64,000 bases of DNA from Sulfurospirillaceae bacterium (GCA_033723415.1 JAWVXD010000001.1:397090-461089); one strand, 5' to 3'. Counted from the stretch's first letter, positions 27,266 through 39,091 are shown. Notes: generated by a model not told the origin, from the sequence alone. A program made the numbers and translations.

Positions 27266-29857
27266 CTATACTAACGCGCCTTTTTTCGGTCCACTGACGC
27301 CGCAGCAATTTTTATATTTTTTGCCGCTTCCACATGGGCAAGGAGCATTTCTTGGGATTTTTTTCTCAGCAGAAAGAGTGTTTGAGCCTGATTGGAACAT
27401 TGAACCGTCATGTTCTAGCTTCATACCGCTTTTTGACTCTTCTTCCATAGCTCTTAACATCTCTTCCATAGCACGTTTTTGTGCATCTTCATTTTCATCT
27501 TTTAATTTTACTACATAAAGTGTTTTAAAACTTTCAAATTTTATCAATTCTACCAATTCTATAAACAGGTTATAACTTTCCTTCTTGTATTCAACAAGTG
27601 GATCTTTTTGATTATACCCACGAAGCCCAATACCTGTCTTTAGTATATCCATCTGATAAAGATGCTCTCTCCATGCATTGTCGAGGACTTGAAGATACAA
27701 TATTCGCTCTATCTCTCTTTTTTGTTCATCATCTACAACTGACATTTTCATTTTATAAGTTTCTGCCAAGCTCTCATCAATATAATTTTTCAAAGCATCG
27801 AAATCTTTGCCTGCAAAATCTTCTTCCTCAAAACCTTCTTGCAAATCAGAATTTATGATTGATGTCAGTCTATTTAAATTAAAATCAGCACTTGTAGCTC
27901 CATCAAAGATTTCTGCTCTCATTAGTAGATCTGCCACAAATTCTTTTCTAATTTCATCTACTTTTGAACTTATATCATAGTTTGCATCCAAAAGGTTATT
28001 TCTAAAGTTATATATAGTTTTTCTTTGTTCATTTGCAACATCATCATATTCTAGCAAATGTTTTCTTGACTCAAAGTTCATATTCTCAACTTTTTTCTGA
28101 GCATTTTCAACAGCTCTTGTGACCATTTTAGATTCTATATGTTCACCCTCTTCTATACCTAATCTATTCATTATATTTTTGATTCTATCACTACCGAATA
28201 TTCTCAATAAATTATCTTCCAAACTAAGATAGAATCTACTTTTACCGGGATCTCCTTGACGTCCGGCACGACCTCTCAGCTGATTATCTATCCTTCTACT
28301 TTCGTGTCTCTCAGTACCTATAATATATAGGCCTCCCAGTGCTTTTATCTCATCTGAAATCTTTATATCAACACCACGTCCAGCCATATTTGTAGCAATA
28401 GTAACGGCGCCTTTTAAACCGGCATCTTTTATAATTTCAGCTTCTTTTGTATGGTTCTTAGCATTTAAAACAGTATGTGGTATATTTTTATTTTTCAAAA
28501 GAGCGTGCAATGCTTCACTTTTTTCTATAGAAGCAGTTCCTACCAACACCGGTTGACCTTTTTTATGACAAGCTTCTATATCATCTATTGCTGCTTTAAA
28601 CTTTTCTGCTTCACTTTTATATATAAAGTCATTGTTGTCTTCTCTTATCATCGGAAGATTTGTAGGAATAGTAACAACTTCTAGATTGTATATCTGTGCA
28701 AATTCTGTGGCTTCTGTTTGCGCAGTTCCTGTCATACCGGAGAGTTTGTTGTATTGTCTAAAATAATTTTGGAATGTGATATCTGCCAAGGTTTGAGACT
28801 CTTCTTTGATATCTACTTGTTCTTTTGCTTCTAAAGCTTGATGCAATCCTTCTGAAAATCTTCTACCTTCACTAAGTCTGCCTGTAAACTCATCTACTAT
28901 AACGATCTCGCCTTCTTTCACGACATAGTCAACGTCTTTTTCAAAAAGATAATGAGCTTTCAAAGCTTGATCTAAGTGATGAGCCAGTACAGCATTTTCA
29001 AGACTGTATAAATTTCCCACTCCAAAGAGTTCTTCGGATTTTTCATTACCCTCTTCTGTGATCATGATAGTTCTATTTTTTTCATCTACAGTAAAATCCG
29101 TATCTCTTGTGAGTTTGAGCGCTATTTCATTTGCTTTTCTGTATCCATCCAAAGTTCTGTTCGTTGGACCTGAGATTATCAGTGGAGTTCTAGCTTCATC
29201 GATCAAAATCGAGTCAACTTCATCTACGATAACAAAGTTGTGTCCACGTTGGACTTTTTCATCTAATGAATAACGCATATTGTCTCTTAGATAATCAAAA
29301 CCATATTCATTGTTCGTACCGTATGTTATATCTGCTGCATATTGCTCTTTTCTCACTGCTTCATCTTCAAGTTCTGCAGTAACTACTCCAACACTCAGAC
29401 CTAAGAAATTATATATAGGTTTCATATCATTTGCATCTCTGCTTGCTAGATAATCATTTACTGTCACAACATGAGCACCTTTACCGCTCATTGCATTTAA
29501 AGTTACGGGAAGTGTTGCAACAAGTGTCTTACCCTCACCTGTTTTCATCTCAGCTATATCACCGCCGTGAAGTACCAATCCACCTACCAACTGAACATCA
29601 AAATGACGAAGACCTATAGTCCTTTTGCTAGCTTCTCTTGTTATAGCAAATACATCGTACAATATATCATCGGTTGTTTTACTTCCGTTTCTAATCTCTT
29701 CTTTAAACTTATTAAATGCCTCTTTGACTTCATCGTCACTCATTTTTTCATAAAATTCTTCAAGTGCATTTATATTTTCAACTTTTTTTAGATAAGATTT
29801 GACCAATCTATCGTTTTTTGTTCCGAATATTTTCTTTGCTATATTGTTTACGAGCAT
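27266..29857 (-). CDS. secA: Preprotein translocase ATPase SecA
   Basis: [29 protein letters not shown]-terminal [12 protein letters not shown]. Confidence 0.98.
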   Translation of the reverse strand: MLVNNIAKKIFGTKNDRLVKSYLKKVENINALEEFYEKMSDDEVKEAFNKFKEEIRNGSKTTDDILYDVFAITREASKRTIGLRHFDVQLVGGLVLHGGDIAEMKTGEGKTLVATLPVTLNAMSGKGAHVVTVNDYLASRDANDMKPIYNFLGLSVGVVTAELEDEAVRKEQYAADITYGTNNEYGFDYLRDNMRYSLDEKVQRGHNFVIVDEVDSILIDEARTPLIISGPTNRTLDGYRKANEIALKLTRDTDFTVDEKNRTIMITEEGNEKSEELFGVGNLYSLENAVLAHHLDQALKAHYLFEKDVDYVVKEGEIVIVDEFTGRLSEGRRFSEGLHQALEAKEQVDIKEESQTLADITFQNYFRQYNKLSGMTGTAQTEATEFAQIYNLEVVTIPTNLPMIREDNNDFIYKSEAEKFKAAIDDIEACHKKGQPVLVGTASIEKSEALHALLKNKNIPHTVLNAKNHTKEAEIIKDAGLKGAVTIATNMAGRGVDIKISDEIKALGGLYIIGTERHESRRIDNQLRGRAGRQGDPGKSRFYLSLEDNLLRIFGSDRIKNIMNRLGIEEGEHIESKMVTRAVENAQKKVENMNFESRKHLLEYDDVANEQRKTIYNFRNNLLDANYDISSKVDEIRKEFVADLLMRAEIFDGATSADFNLNRLTSIINSDLQEGFEEEDFAGKDFDALKNYIDESLAETYKMKMSVVDDEQKREIERILYLQVLDNAWREHLYQMDILKTGIGLRGYNQKDPLVEYKKESYNLFIELVELIKFESFKTLYVVKLKDENEDAQKRAMEEMLRAMEEESKSGMKLEHDGSMFQSGSNTLSAEKKIPRNAPCPCGSGKKYKNCCGVSGPKKGALV

Positions 29858-29954
29858 TAATCTACCTTTTATTTATTTCAAAGTGTGAATTTTATCATAC
29901 TTTTACTATCTATTTGCTAAAACTTCACTATAATATGTCAATGGAGTAAATTTT

Positions 29955-30470
29955 ATGAAATATTTTTTATGTGTAGCCATCATTTTTATTAATATTCAAG
30001 CTGGAGTTTTAGATTTTAAAAGTATTCAAAGTGATTTTATACAAACAATCACCAATGACCAAAATAGTTCAATCAACTACTCGGGAAGGTTTTATGCGAC
30101 TGATTCAAACAAAGCACTTTGGATATATGATAAACCCATCAAGAAAAAAGTATATTTTAATGACAAAAAAGTAGCTATAGTTGAGCCTGAATTAGAACAA
30201 GTTATAGTAACAACTCTACAAAACAGTCCAAACTTAACTCAAATAATAAAAGATGCAAAAAAGATCAAAGACAATACATACAAAGCGACATATCAAGATA
30301 CCGATTATTTTGTTGAGATAAAAGATGGTGAAATAGCAGACATAATGTACAAAGACAAACTAGATAACAGAGTCATAATAAAGCTCAATAATCTGCAAAA
30401 AAACATCATATTTGACGACTCTCTATTTAGAGTCAAAGTACCTAGTAATTACGATATAGTGGATCAATAA
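29955..30470 (+). CDS. lolA: Outer-membrane lipoprotein carrier LolA
   Basis: Signal peptide, ..DF.QT, ALW.Y.KP, EPELEQV; divergent from secA. Confidence 0.85.
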   Translation: MKYFLCVAIIFINIQAGVLDFKSIQSDFIQTITNDQNSSINYSGRFYATDSNKALWIYDKPIKKKVYFNDKKVAIVEPELEQVIVTTLQNSPNLTQIIKDAKKIKDNTYKATYQDTDYFVEIKDGEIADIMYKDKLDNRVIIKLNNLQKNIIFDDSLFRVKVPSNYDIVDQ

Positions 30471-30859
30471 TTCTTAACGCACATACCCTCTTTTTTAAGA
30501 GCTTCAATTATCTCTTTGACACTTGGTTGGGAATTCATTTTTTGAATATAAATATTATCTATATCTACACCGTATTTCTTAGAACAATACGCTATAATTG
30601 CTTTTTTTAGGTTCTCTTTACCTTGAGATGTTATCAAATCTTCAAAATAAAAACTTCCGATCACGATGTTTAGAGAATCCACTATTTTATAGCTTTCATC
30701 TTCTACATATCTACCGTCAAAAACAAGACTAATACTTATAGGAACGGGCTTCTTGTGTAATTTTGAAAAGACTTCAGAGCTAAAATCTTCAACATGAAAC
30801 ATCTGCGCAAAAAGAGTGACCGTAGTAAACAGCATCAAAAATATAATCGACTTTTTCAA
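30464..30859 (-). CDS. Exported hypothetical protein (FliL-like fold possible)
   Basis: Signal peptide; D.LN.VI.SF..EDL.TS.GKE.LK. Confidence 0.6.
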   Translation of the reverse strand: MKKSIIFLMLFTTVTLFAQMFHVEDFSSEVFSKLHKKPVPISISLVFDGRYVEDESYKIVDSLNIVIGSFYFEDLITSQGKENLKKAIIAYCSKKYGVDIDNIYIQKMNSQPSVKEIIEALKKEGMCVKNY

Positions 30860-30902
30860 GATATGACTCTCCTATTGTTTTATTGTTTTAAGTATAGCTA
30901 AT

Positions 30903-32225
30903 TTAATCAAAAAATGTTTTATATCTTACTTTTTCTTCTTCAATTTTTAAAACTTCATAATTGATATAAAAATCTTTGACTTTTGGCGAAACCGTTGTGA
31001 TTTTTTGTATCCATCTATCAAAATCACCGTTACTTTGATGAATATATAGATTTTTTGGATTTTTTGCTCTAGATATTGCTACATAAAACTGACTTTTTTC
31101 AAAAATATGATCTATATTGCAAACAAGTTCGTCTATGCTCATACCTTGTGATTTGTGTATCGTTATAGCATATGCCAATTTTATCGGAAATTGTTCTATA
31201 GATATCAAAGGCTTTTCTTCGATCTCTCCGTTTAAGACTATGTTTTCACTCATCACATACTCATGTCTATCAACTCGTATCAGAGAATCCTCTTTTTCAA
31301 CTACTATATAATCATCACCTATCTCTCTTACAATACCTCTTTCTCCATTGTAGAATTTACCCCATTTATTAGTGCAGAACAAAATCTTAGCACCGATTTT
31401 GAGCATCAGATCGCAAGGAATAGGTAAAGAATTTTTCCAATTTTTTATCTTGTTTTCATGCAAGGTCTTTACATGTAGCTTTTCTTTAGCTTTTAACAAA
31501 ATTGGATTGCCGTCCAATTCATTTAATTTTTTTAAATTCATATCGTCTGCTTCTCTGTTTCTAGCAAACAATACAGTGGCATCACTTTGAAGAACAGATG
31601 AATTCTCTCTCAAGCTTTTCAAATATTTTATAACATCTTCATCAATATCTGCCAATCTAATTTTACTAAGTATTGAAAAAAACTTTTTATCATTTGTTCT
31701 TTTTGTCTTTGTAAGCTCTATGATTAGAGGATCTATAAATTCCCAGGCACTACTCTCAAAAGCATATTGATTGTTTCCAAGGAGAGAATTATCTACACTT
31801 TTAAATACCGGAGGAAGTTGAAAGAAATCTCCTATAAATAGAATACGTCCCTTAAATCCCGCACTTCTAAGTCTATACTGGATCATATCCAGCAAATTTG
31901 CAGAAACCATACTAATCTCGTCTATGATCAATAAATCACAACTTTTTAGTATTTTTTTTATCTCACTAAGTCGTCCTTTTGCATATCTGTCATGTTTACT
32001 AAGCTCTTCCAAAGTACTACATATCCCAAATGCAAAGAAGCTATGGATAGTTTGGCCGTTTATATTTACAGCACTGACTCCGGTACTTCCTAAAGTGACA
32101 ACTTGCTGTGAATTTTTTTTGGCTCTTTTAACTAACTCCATAGCGAGGTAGCTCTTTCCGACTCCTCCTCCTCCTGTTAGAAGTGCATCTCTGGTTTTTA
32201 ATATCTCTTCTATTTTTTCTATCAT
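30903..32225 (-). CDS. Pif1/RecD-like SF1B DNA helicase
   Basis: LTGGGGVGKS, IIDEISMV, GDFFQLPPV, QFPIKLAYAITIHKSQGMS, YVAISR. Confidence 0.9.
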   Translation of the reverse strand: MIEKIEEILKTRDALLTGGGGVGKSYLAMELVKRAKKNSQQVVTLGSTGVSAVNINGQTIHSFFAFGICSTLEELSKHDRYAKGRLSEIKKILKSCDLLIIDEISMVSANLLDMIQYRLRSAGFKGRILFIGDFFQLPPVFKSVDNSLLGNNQYAFESSAWEFIDPLIIELTKTKRTNDKKFFSILSKIRLADIDEDVIKYLKSLRENSSVLQSDATVLFARNREADDMNLKKLNELDGNPILLKAKEKLHVKTLHENKIKNWKNSLPIPCDLMLKIGAKILFCTNKWGKFYNGERGIVREIGDDYIVVEKEDSLIRVDRHEYVMSENIVLNGEIEEKPLISIEQFPIKLAYAITIHKSQGMSIDELVCNIDHIFEKSQFYVAISRAKNPKNLYIHQSNGDFDRWIQKITTVSPKVKDFYINYEVLKIEEEKVRYKTFFD

Positions 32226-32343
32226 TCTTAATTATCCATAATATTCAGTATCAATTATTTTGCGTCATTATAGCATAGTTATTTTGATAGCAAATTTGGC
32301 TTTTTTAATAGCTTTTTAACAGCTCATTTGCTATGATTAGTAT

Positions 32344-33006
32344 ATGATTAACCTAGAAAAAGCAAAATTACTAAAACAACTATATCAATACAAATCATTT
32401 GGTTTTGAATACTTTAAAGATTATAAACCATTGGTTATGCCACAAAACAAACCTTTTGCTCAAAGTTTACATGAACTGGAAGACAAAGTTATGCAATGTC
32501 ATCTTTGTCAACTTGCCAAGGGAAGAAAAAATATTGTTTTTGGTGAGGGGAACCAAAGAGCAAAACTTATGTTCATAGGCGAAGGTCCCGGAGCCAATGA
32601 AGACGAAACAGGAAAACCTTTTGTAGGGCGAGCAGGTATGCTTCTTACCAAGATTATTGAAAATGTTTTAGAATTAAAAAGAGAGGATGTCTACATCACA
32701 AATATAGTAAAATGCAGACCACCAAACAACAGGGTTCCATCCATTGAAGAGTCTGAGTCATGTAAACCTTATCTATTAGAACAAATAGCGATCATAAAGC
32801 CTGAGATCATAGTGGCTTTAGGTTCTACAAGTTATCATTATCTGAGTGAAGATTATGATATGCCTATATCAAAAATAAGAGGTGAGATACTTGAATATGG
32901 TAATGCCAAGCTTATACCGACATACCATCCAAGTTTTCTTCTAAGAAATCCATCGGCAAAAAAAGAAGTATATGCCGACATGTTAAAGGTCAAAAGACTA
33001 TTATGA
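32344..33006 (+). CDS. Uracil-DNA glycosylase family 4
   Basis: C..C.L, GEGPG..ED..G.PFVG.AG, KCRPP.NR, YHPS. Confidence 0.92.
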   Translation: MINLEKAKLLKQLYQYKSFGFEYFKDYKPLVMPQNKPFAQSLHELEDKVMQCHLCQLAKGRKNIVFGEGNQRAKLMFIGEGPGANEDETGKPFVGRAGMLLTKIIENVLELKREDVYITNIVKCRPPNNRVPSIEESESCKPYLLEQIAIIKPEIIVALGSTSYHYLSEDYDMPISKIRGEILEYGNAKLIPTYHPSFLLRNPSAKKEVYADMLKVKRLL

Positions 33007-34193
33007 AATCCATTTTATTTATCCTAATGTTTACAAGTTTATTACTTTCAAAGAGTGAGATACCTTCGCCTATACCTCCTACAGAAAATGTATTTATGGA
33101 TTTGAGTGTTGAAAAGTGTGGCACCGAATGTCTCAACAATATGATTGAGAACGGTAAAGTATTTTCATTTTTAAGTGTTTATAAAAATCACAGTGAATAT
33201 GATGATATCCAAAATGCATATGATCAATATTCCAAAGTATTTAACATGACAAAACCTCAAGAAATAAGCATAAAAGTTGCTATGTTAGTACCTCAAAAGA
33301 CGATTAGAAGATATGCTGTCAGCACTGTCAATTCAGTACTCACTTATCTCATATACAAAAAGTTCAACTTTGATTTAAAGATTTATAATTGTGAGGATGA
33401 AAGGCAAGATTCTATCATAAATGCTCTACAAAATATAAAGAATGATGGTTTTACATATGTCATAGCCCCTTTAACAGAGGTAGGAGCAAGAATTCTAACA
33501 CAAAATGCCGATGGATTATTAGTTTATATACCTACGGTAAATATATCAAAGATTGAAAATCCAAGCCCAAATATAGTATTTGGCGGTATAAGTTATAAAG
33601 ATCAGATCGACAAGCTTTTAACATATGCCACCAATAAAGTTGCAATATTTTCAGATCAAAGCAGCATCGCAAATGAATTGGATAAAGATGTCGGTACAAC
33701 AACAAAAGATATCGTTTATCAAAAACAATTTAATAATGATAGGCTTGAATTTAGAAAAATATTAAAATGGAACAAAGCTCTTGATGATTCTTCTATATTT
33801 TTAAATTTACCGCTTGTAAAAACAAGTCTTTTGGCCTCTCAACTAAGAGTTTACAATAGAACACCATATAATCTATTGTCAACACAGATAAACTACAATC
33901 CTATGATCTTGACATTAACTCAGTATGATGATAGAAAATCTTTACTTATTGCAAACTCCATAAGCAAGACAAATACAGAAATAACACGTGCAAATGAGAT
34001 GCTTGGAGGCGATATAGAGTTTGACTGGGTGAATTATTCAACAACTTTAGGTATAGATTATATATATGAAAAATACTTCTTGTCAAATGGAAAGAGAAAC
34101 TTTCCTGAAGTTGTAGTCAATGGTCAAGTTGACTACAATACGACCATTGTATCGCCCAAAAGATATACTCTGGAGCCGATTACAACTCAATAG
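33003..34193 (+). CDS. Exported hypothetical protein (periplasmic-binding-fold like)
   Basis: Signal peptide, 396 aa, overlaps udg stop. Confidence 0.65.
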   Translation: MKSILFILMFTSLLLSKSEIPSPIPPTENVFMDLSVEKCGTECLNNMIENGKVFSFLSVYKNHSEYDDIQNAYDQYSKVFNMTKPQEISIKVAMLVPQKTIRRYAVSTVNSVLTYLIYKKFNFDLKIYNCEDERQDSIINALQNIKNDGFTYVIAPLTEVGARILTQNADGLLVYIPTVNISKIENPSPNIVFGGISYKDQIDKLLTYATNKVAIFSDQSSIANELDKDVGTTTKDIVYQKQFNNDRLEFRKILKWNKALDDSSIFLNLPLVKTSLLASQLRVYNRTPYNLLSTQINYNPMILTLTQYDDRKSLLIANSISKTNTEITRANEMLGGDIEFDWVNYSTTLGIDYIYEKYFLSNGKRNFPEVVVNGQVDYNTTIVSPKRYTLEPITTQ

Positions 34194-34554
34194 AGTGTAA
34201 AAAGCTCCTGATCTCATCATCAATTCTGATAGGCTTACCGTCTTTGGCAAAAACCAAAACAACAGTCATGTCAAAGAGTTTTTCTTCATCTCTATATACG
34301 CATTGATTTAACTTCATAGAGCTATTTCTCAGCTCTATGATCTTATTTTTAACTTCTAACATATCACCTAATTTAGCTGATTTTGAGTACTCTGCATCTA
34401 TATGTTTGATTACAAAATGTCCTCCATCTAAAGTCGGAGTTTTCCCTTGTGCAAAAAACAGCTCACTGCGTGAACGCTCACAAAATTTTAGATAATTTGC
34501 ATGATAGACGATACCACCGGCATCGGTATCTTCATAATAGACTCGTATTTGCAT
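34180..34554 (-). CDS. YbgC-family acyl-CoA thioesterase
   Basis: RVYYEDTDAGGIVYHANYLKF.ER. Confidence 0.92.
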   Translation of the reverse strand: MQIRVYYEDTDAGGIVYHANYLKFCERSRSELFFAQGKTPTLDGGHFVIKHIDAEYSKSAKLGDMLEVKNKIIELRNSSMKLNQCVYRDEEKLFDMTVVLVFAKDGKPIRIDDEIRSFLHSIEL

Positions 34555-34871
34555 TAAAATCCCTTATTTTCGGTTTTTCTAAGCTTCTAAATTAAAAACT
34601 GGCACTAAATGTTTTAAAACTTAAAGCCTTTTTGATTATATTTTTGTGTATTGTACACAAAATAAAAGAAAATATTACTAAAGAGGCAGCTGATTTATTT
34701 TATTCTGTCTCTTCTTATTTTAAAAAATATTACTTACTTTTTTAGATATTGCTTTCTATGTCAGCTGATTGTTTCATCAAAATAATCAGCATAATCAAAT
34801 GACTATTTTGTATAGTGTCATGTCGTTAAGATGGTTACATATCAAAAAATACCTAAATCATATTTTAAAAG

Positions 34872-34915
34872 TTAATTTATTTTTAAAGATTAATTTATTT
34901 TTAAAGATGTATAAT
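34872..34915 (+). promoter_or_regulatory. 18-bp tandem duplication abutting a -10 box
   Basis: TTAATTTATTTTTAAAGA twice (34872-34907) then TGTATAAT. Confidence 0.55.
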
Positions 34916-34952
34916 CAAAATATATGCTAGAGAAACTATAAGGAGCTCTATT

Positions 34953-36233
34953 ATGAAAACATTTCAATCAAGGAATAAGGTACTTGTATCAATGGTGGCC
35001 ATGTTGTTTGTGGTCTTGTTTGGTATTATGGCTAGTGGCTGTGGCGGTGGTGGTGATTCTACGACACAGACTGTCGAGGCTCCTGGTATGCCGACGAATT
35101 TTACTGTTGTAGCGACACCGTCTGGTGGAGCATTATCTGCCACGCTGTCCTGGTCGGCACCGACAACAGGCGGTAATGTGACTTCCTATGAGATCTATCG
35201 CAGCACTACAGCCGCTAATATTTTTGATCCGGCAAACCACCTCATCTCCCTACCTGCTACAACCCATGAGTTTATAGATAATGCCGGTCTGGAAAGAGGT
35301 GTGACAACCTATTGGATCGTCGCCGCCAAAAACGCCGGTGGAGAGACAACTACGCTTCCACAAAGCTATACTCCTCCTGGTGGAGGTGCTGGTGAAGTCG
35401 TAACATACGGAAACAACTTTGCCGCAGCGGTGATATTTGCCGACGGTTACGGTATCGGAGGGCTTCCTATTGATGGGAACTGGACGGAAAACAACCTTTC
35501 CCTCATCGATTATAACACCAGCCTGAGACCGTCTGTAACAGAAGCGTCGACACTGACAGAATTTCCATACTTCGACGAGAACACGACATTTGTACTAGAC
35601 GGTGTAACCTACTACAAACAAAAGACTGCCAGCACGTGGCAAGGAGAATGGAAAAACGGAGCGGGCACGCCACAGCATGTTACGGCAACATGGGGTGACA
35701 ACCTAATCAGCCAGACCCTGAACACACAATCCATCATCAGGATAGAAATGGTGCTTACAGAGACTCTGGACACTAACATGACCTCTTATAAGATGGTTTC
35801 ACTCTACGGTACTAAAGATGTTGAAATATACGGAACAGACAAAACGACCTATGAAACCAACACCTCGTTCGTATTTGCCACCAATGCTCACCTGAGGATA
35901 GAAGAAGTAGATGCAAACGGTACTGTTGGAGCTACGGTAGTAGACCAGACGCTTTTTGACTCAACCATACCAGACGGTCCTGGTAAATTCGCAGCAGAAA
36001 TCAATGTGGCCGGTAATCTGACATATGGATACGTATGGGATCTCAAGCAACATCCTGTCCCAGCGGGAACATATCGGATCACGTTCTTGTTGGATAACAC
36101 ATCAATGCCTACAGGTACGTTTAACAATACCTATATCGATAATGTCACAGTGCCAGTTGAAGGAGATCCAACAACATTCCCTGTGCTCGATTCTACAACT
36201 TCGACGCATATCGATATTACCATCCACCAATAG
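34953..36233 (+). CDS. Surface lipoprotein with fibronectin type III domain
   Basis: Lipobox ASG-C followed by GGGG; P..P.NF...LSW.AP..G..V.SYEIYR FN3 pattern; Thr-rich. Confidence 0.8.
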   Translation: MKTFQSRNKVLVSMVAMLFVVLFGIMASGCGGGGDSTTQTVEAPGMPTNFTVVATPSGGALSATLSWSAPTTGGNVTSYEIYRSTTAANIFDPANHLISLPATTHEFIDNAGLERGVTTYWIVAAKNAGGETTTLPQSYTPPGGGAGEVVTYGNNFAAAVIFADGYGIGGLPIDGNWTENNLSLIDYNTSLRPSVTEASTLTEFPYFDENTTFVLDGVTYYKQKTASTWQGEWKNGAGTPQHVTATWGDNLISQTLNTQSIIRIEMVLTETLDTNMTSYKMVSLYGTKDVEIYGTDKTTYETNTSFVFATNAHLRIEEVDANGTVGATVVDQTLFDSTIPDGPGKFAAEINVAGNLTYGYVWDLKQHPVPAGTYRITFLLDNTSMPTGTFNNTYIDNVTVPVEGDPTTFPVLDSTTSTHIDITIHQ

Positions 36234-36256
36234 TGTTCATATAGGATGATCAATCA

Positions 36257-36285
36257 GCGGAAACGTATAGTATATGCGTTTCCGC
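36257..36285. terminator. Stem-loop between convergent genes
   Basis: GCGGAAACG/CGTTTCCGC. Confidence 0.65.
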
Positions 36286-36358
36286 CTATTCTTCAGGCTG
36301 GAAGAGGCAGCATGATACCTTCCCTTTACGAGAAATTATGTAAAAAGGAAAGTATTCT

Positions 36359-37369
36359 TTATATTAACTCAAACTCTTTTGCCAATAACTCGTAAGATTT
36401 TACTCTGTCCTTGAAACTATATGTTACATTGACTATCATGACTTCATCTACATCATATGAGGCAGCAAGTTTTTCTATCTTTTCTCGGCACTCTTTTGCA
36501 TTTCCAAGGATCATATGATTCATCGTTTCATCATAGTATTTTTTGTCTTCAGGAGATAGGTCTTCTATTATTTTGACCAATTCTTGCGGGCTTTTGAAGG
36601 CACCTCTTTGGTATTTTGTAAATGCTTGCAATTTCCAATAAACATGAGAACTGGCTATAAATTCTGCTTCTTCTTTTGAATCTGCGACGATACACGCAAC
36701 GGCGATGATGACCTTGGGCTTGGAAAAAGCAAGTGAAGGGACAAAAGCGCTCTTGTACTCTTTGATAATCGCAGGGGAGCGCTCATGATTTCCTATAAAT
36801 AAAGCCAATACAAAACCGGCACCCAAGATCCCTGCTAATTTGGAGCTTCCTTCGCTTGATCCCAGTAAATAAACAGGTGGCGCTTTAATATTTGCAGGAC
36901 TCAAGGCAACATCGAAATAAGGATGTCTTTTATCTAGATTTTGATTTAAGTAACCTATCAATTCATAAGCTTTCTGTGAATAATCGACTTCTCTATTGCC
37001 TTGCAAAGCCCTAGAGGTTAGAAAATCACTTCCTGGCGCACGACCGATACCTACATCGATTCTACCAGTATGTAAAGCTTCAAGCATATTAAACGTTTCC
37101 GCCACTTTAAACGGGCTGTAATGATTTAGCATAACACCACCGCTTCCAACTCTCATATTTTTTGTAGCGGTTGCCACTGAATTTATCATGACTTCAGGAG
37201 CACAAGAGGCATAGCCGTTTGTATTGTGATGCTCCGCTAACCAATATCTATGGTAACCTAGAGTATCACATATCTTGGCTAATTCTATCGTATCTAACAA
37301 ACCAAATCTGTCTTCTTTCCCATCATGTATAGGAGATTGATCCAGTACGCTTAGCTTTAATTTGCTCAT
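36359..37369 (-). CDS. Luciferase-like (LLM class) flavin monooxygenase
   Basis: LSVLDQSP, YHRYWLAEHH, RVGSGGVML.HYSP.KVAE.F, GIGRAPG. Confidence 0.92.
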   Translation of the reverse strand: MSKLKLSVLDQSPIHDGKEDRFGLLDTIELAKICDTLGYHRYWLAEHHNTNGYASCAPEVMINSVATATKNMRVGSGGVMLNHYSPFKVAETFNMLEALHTGRIDVGIGRAPGSDFLTSRALQGNREVDYSQKAYELIGYLNQNLDKRHPYFDVALSPANIKAPPVYLLGSSEGSSKLAGILGAGFVLALFIGNHERSPAIIKEYKSAFVPSLAFSKPKVIIAVACIVADSKEEAEFIASSHVYWKLQAFTKYQRGAFKSPQELVKIIEDLSPEDKKYYDETMNHMILGNAKECREKIEKLAASYDVDEVMIVNVTYSFKDRVKSYELLAKEFELI

Positions 37370-37377
37370 GTAAATCC

Positions 37378-37599
37378 TTAAGTGTATCTTCCTGCTTTTT
37401 CTAAAAGCTTGCTTGTGATAATCTTCCCAAGGATCAAAGAGATAGCGATATTAATAACAATCAATGTCATATCTCTATCGTCAAAATAGGAAAAGATGTC
37501 GCTTGGTGTAGTAGATTTATAAAGATGCAGGAAAGAAAAAATATGATCTATACAAAAATACAATGCCCATGTTACGATGTTGTAAATAATAAATTTCAT
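37378..37599 (-). CDS. Small membrane protein
   Basis: Two hydrophobic segments; co-oriented with LLM gene. Confidence 0.6.
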   Translation of the reverse strand: MKFIIYNIVTWALYFCIDHIFSFLHLYKSTTPSDIFSYFDDRDMTLIVINIAISLILGKIITSKLLEKAGRYT

Positions 37600-37728
37600 A
37601 TTGACTCTCTGTTTTCATACAAATCATAATCTGGGAAATGTTTAAAATAACACGACAGAGCGATGATTTTATATCTTTTGAGATTTGAAAACAATAACCC
37701 CTGAATATAGGGATTATTGTTTTAGAGA

Positions 37729-38751
37729 TTATATCTCAATATTCTCAACTATTTTTAAACCAAAACCACTGATTCCTACGAATTCTCGTCCTTTAACCAT
37801 GGAAATCAATCTTATATTTTTGATTCCAAGCTTATTTAATATTTGTGCGCCAATACCATACTCTCTGATCTCTTTGCTATATGAATTTTCATCATCTATA
37901 AAAACTAACAATCCACCATTTTTCTTTAAGTATTCTATCGCATTTAACATACCGTTTAATTTTGGAGCATCCGCAAAAAGCTCATCATCTCTAACTATAT
38001 TGTGAAATTTTACTGCCATAGTCTCTTTTGATTCACCAAATTGGTAAACTGTGTGATGATTTCCTTCATGGTCGACCATATCCACTCTTCTAGCATCTAC
38101 ATCCATGAATTTTGTCATAGATGAAGCCACTTCTCGAACCAAAGATTCACTTTTCATTCGATACTCTACTATGTCTGATATATAAACCATATGGATGTCA
38201 TTTTCTTTACAAAAAATATCTAAATCCGGTCTTCTGGCCATAGTCCCGTCATCTTTCATGATCTCACATATCACAGCTACCTCATGAAGACCTGCAAGTC
38301 TGCACAGATCCACTGAACCCTCAGTATGACCTGTACGAACTAAAGTACCGCCTTTTCTAGCTATGAGAGGGAAAATGTGTCCAGGTCTCACTAGATCAGT
38401 TGGCTTACTCGTATAATCGGCAAGTACCTTTATAGTCATGTCACGTTCATATGCCGATATTCCGGTAGTACAGTCTTTTGCATCTACTGTCACTGTAAAA
38501 GCTGTTTCATGCTGCGAATTATTATTTACCACCATTGGTGATAATTCTAATTTGTCCGATATTTTTTTAGAAAGTGCAACACAAATCAAGCCTTTTGCAC
38601 GAGATGCCATAAAATTTACCATTTGTGGTGTAGAAAAAGTCCCCGCATAAACTAAATCGCCTTCATTCTCTCTATCTTCGTCATCTACCATCAAAACCAT
38701 TTTACCTTGTTTGATGTCCTCTATAGCTCTTTTAACTCTGTTTTCCGACAT
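37729..38751 (-). CDS. ribB: 3,4-dihydroxy-2-butanone-4-phosphate synthase fused to a degenerate GTP cyclohydrolase II domain
   Basis: DDEDRENEGD, RPGHIFPL, RTGHTEGSVDL; start reassigned to MSENRVK at 38751. Confidence 0.92.
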   Translation of the reverse strand: MSENRVKRAIEDIKQGKMVLMVDDEDRENEGDLVYAGTFSTPQMVNFMASRAKGLICVALSKKISDKLELSPMVVNNNSQHETAFTVTVDAKDCTTGISAYERDMTIKVLADYTSKPTDLVRPGHIFPLIARKGGTLVRTGHTEGSVDLCRLAGLHEVAVICEIMKDDGTMARRPDLDIFCKENDIHMVYISDIVEYRMKSESLVREVASSMTKFMDVDARRVDMVDHEGNHHTVYQFGESKETMAVKFHNIVRDDELFADAPKLNGMLNAIEYLKKNGGLLVFIDDENSYSKEIREYGIGAQILNKLGIKNIRLISMVKGREFVGISGFGLKIVENIEI

Positions 38752-38859
38752 TAAAAAAATCCCGCCTATTTTAAATTTTTGAAATTGTACCATAATCCCT
38801 TGACAATTCAGATAAAATTGATTATAATTCCACCTCACAAATTGAGTGAGGATTACCGT

Positions 38860-38934
38860 TGGGGTGTAGCCAAGCGGTAAGGCAACTGGTTTTGGTCCAG
38901 TCATTCAGGGGTTCGAATCCCTTCACCCCATCCA
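38860..38934 (+). tRNA. tRNA-Gln(TTG)
   Basis: Cloverleaf TGGGGTG/CACCCCA, anticodon arm ACTGG-TTTTGGT-CCAGT, GTTCGAATCC, CCA end. Confidence 0.95.
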
Positions 38935-38947
38935 TATCTTTCAATGT

Positions 38948-39024
<77 letters not shown>

Positions 39025-39091
39025 ATTTTACAACTAATTGATATAAATCACCCTTCTTTCAACTATAAATCTAATTTTTTTGAATAAATAA

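Noticed and set aside
30903..32225. Pif1 helicase as a mobile-element marker
   Set aside because: Embedded among housekeeping genes with no repeats or mobility genes
38752..38904. N-terminal extension of ribB in the ORF track
   Set aside because: Runs antisense through tRNA-Gln and its promoter; family homology starts at 38751
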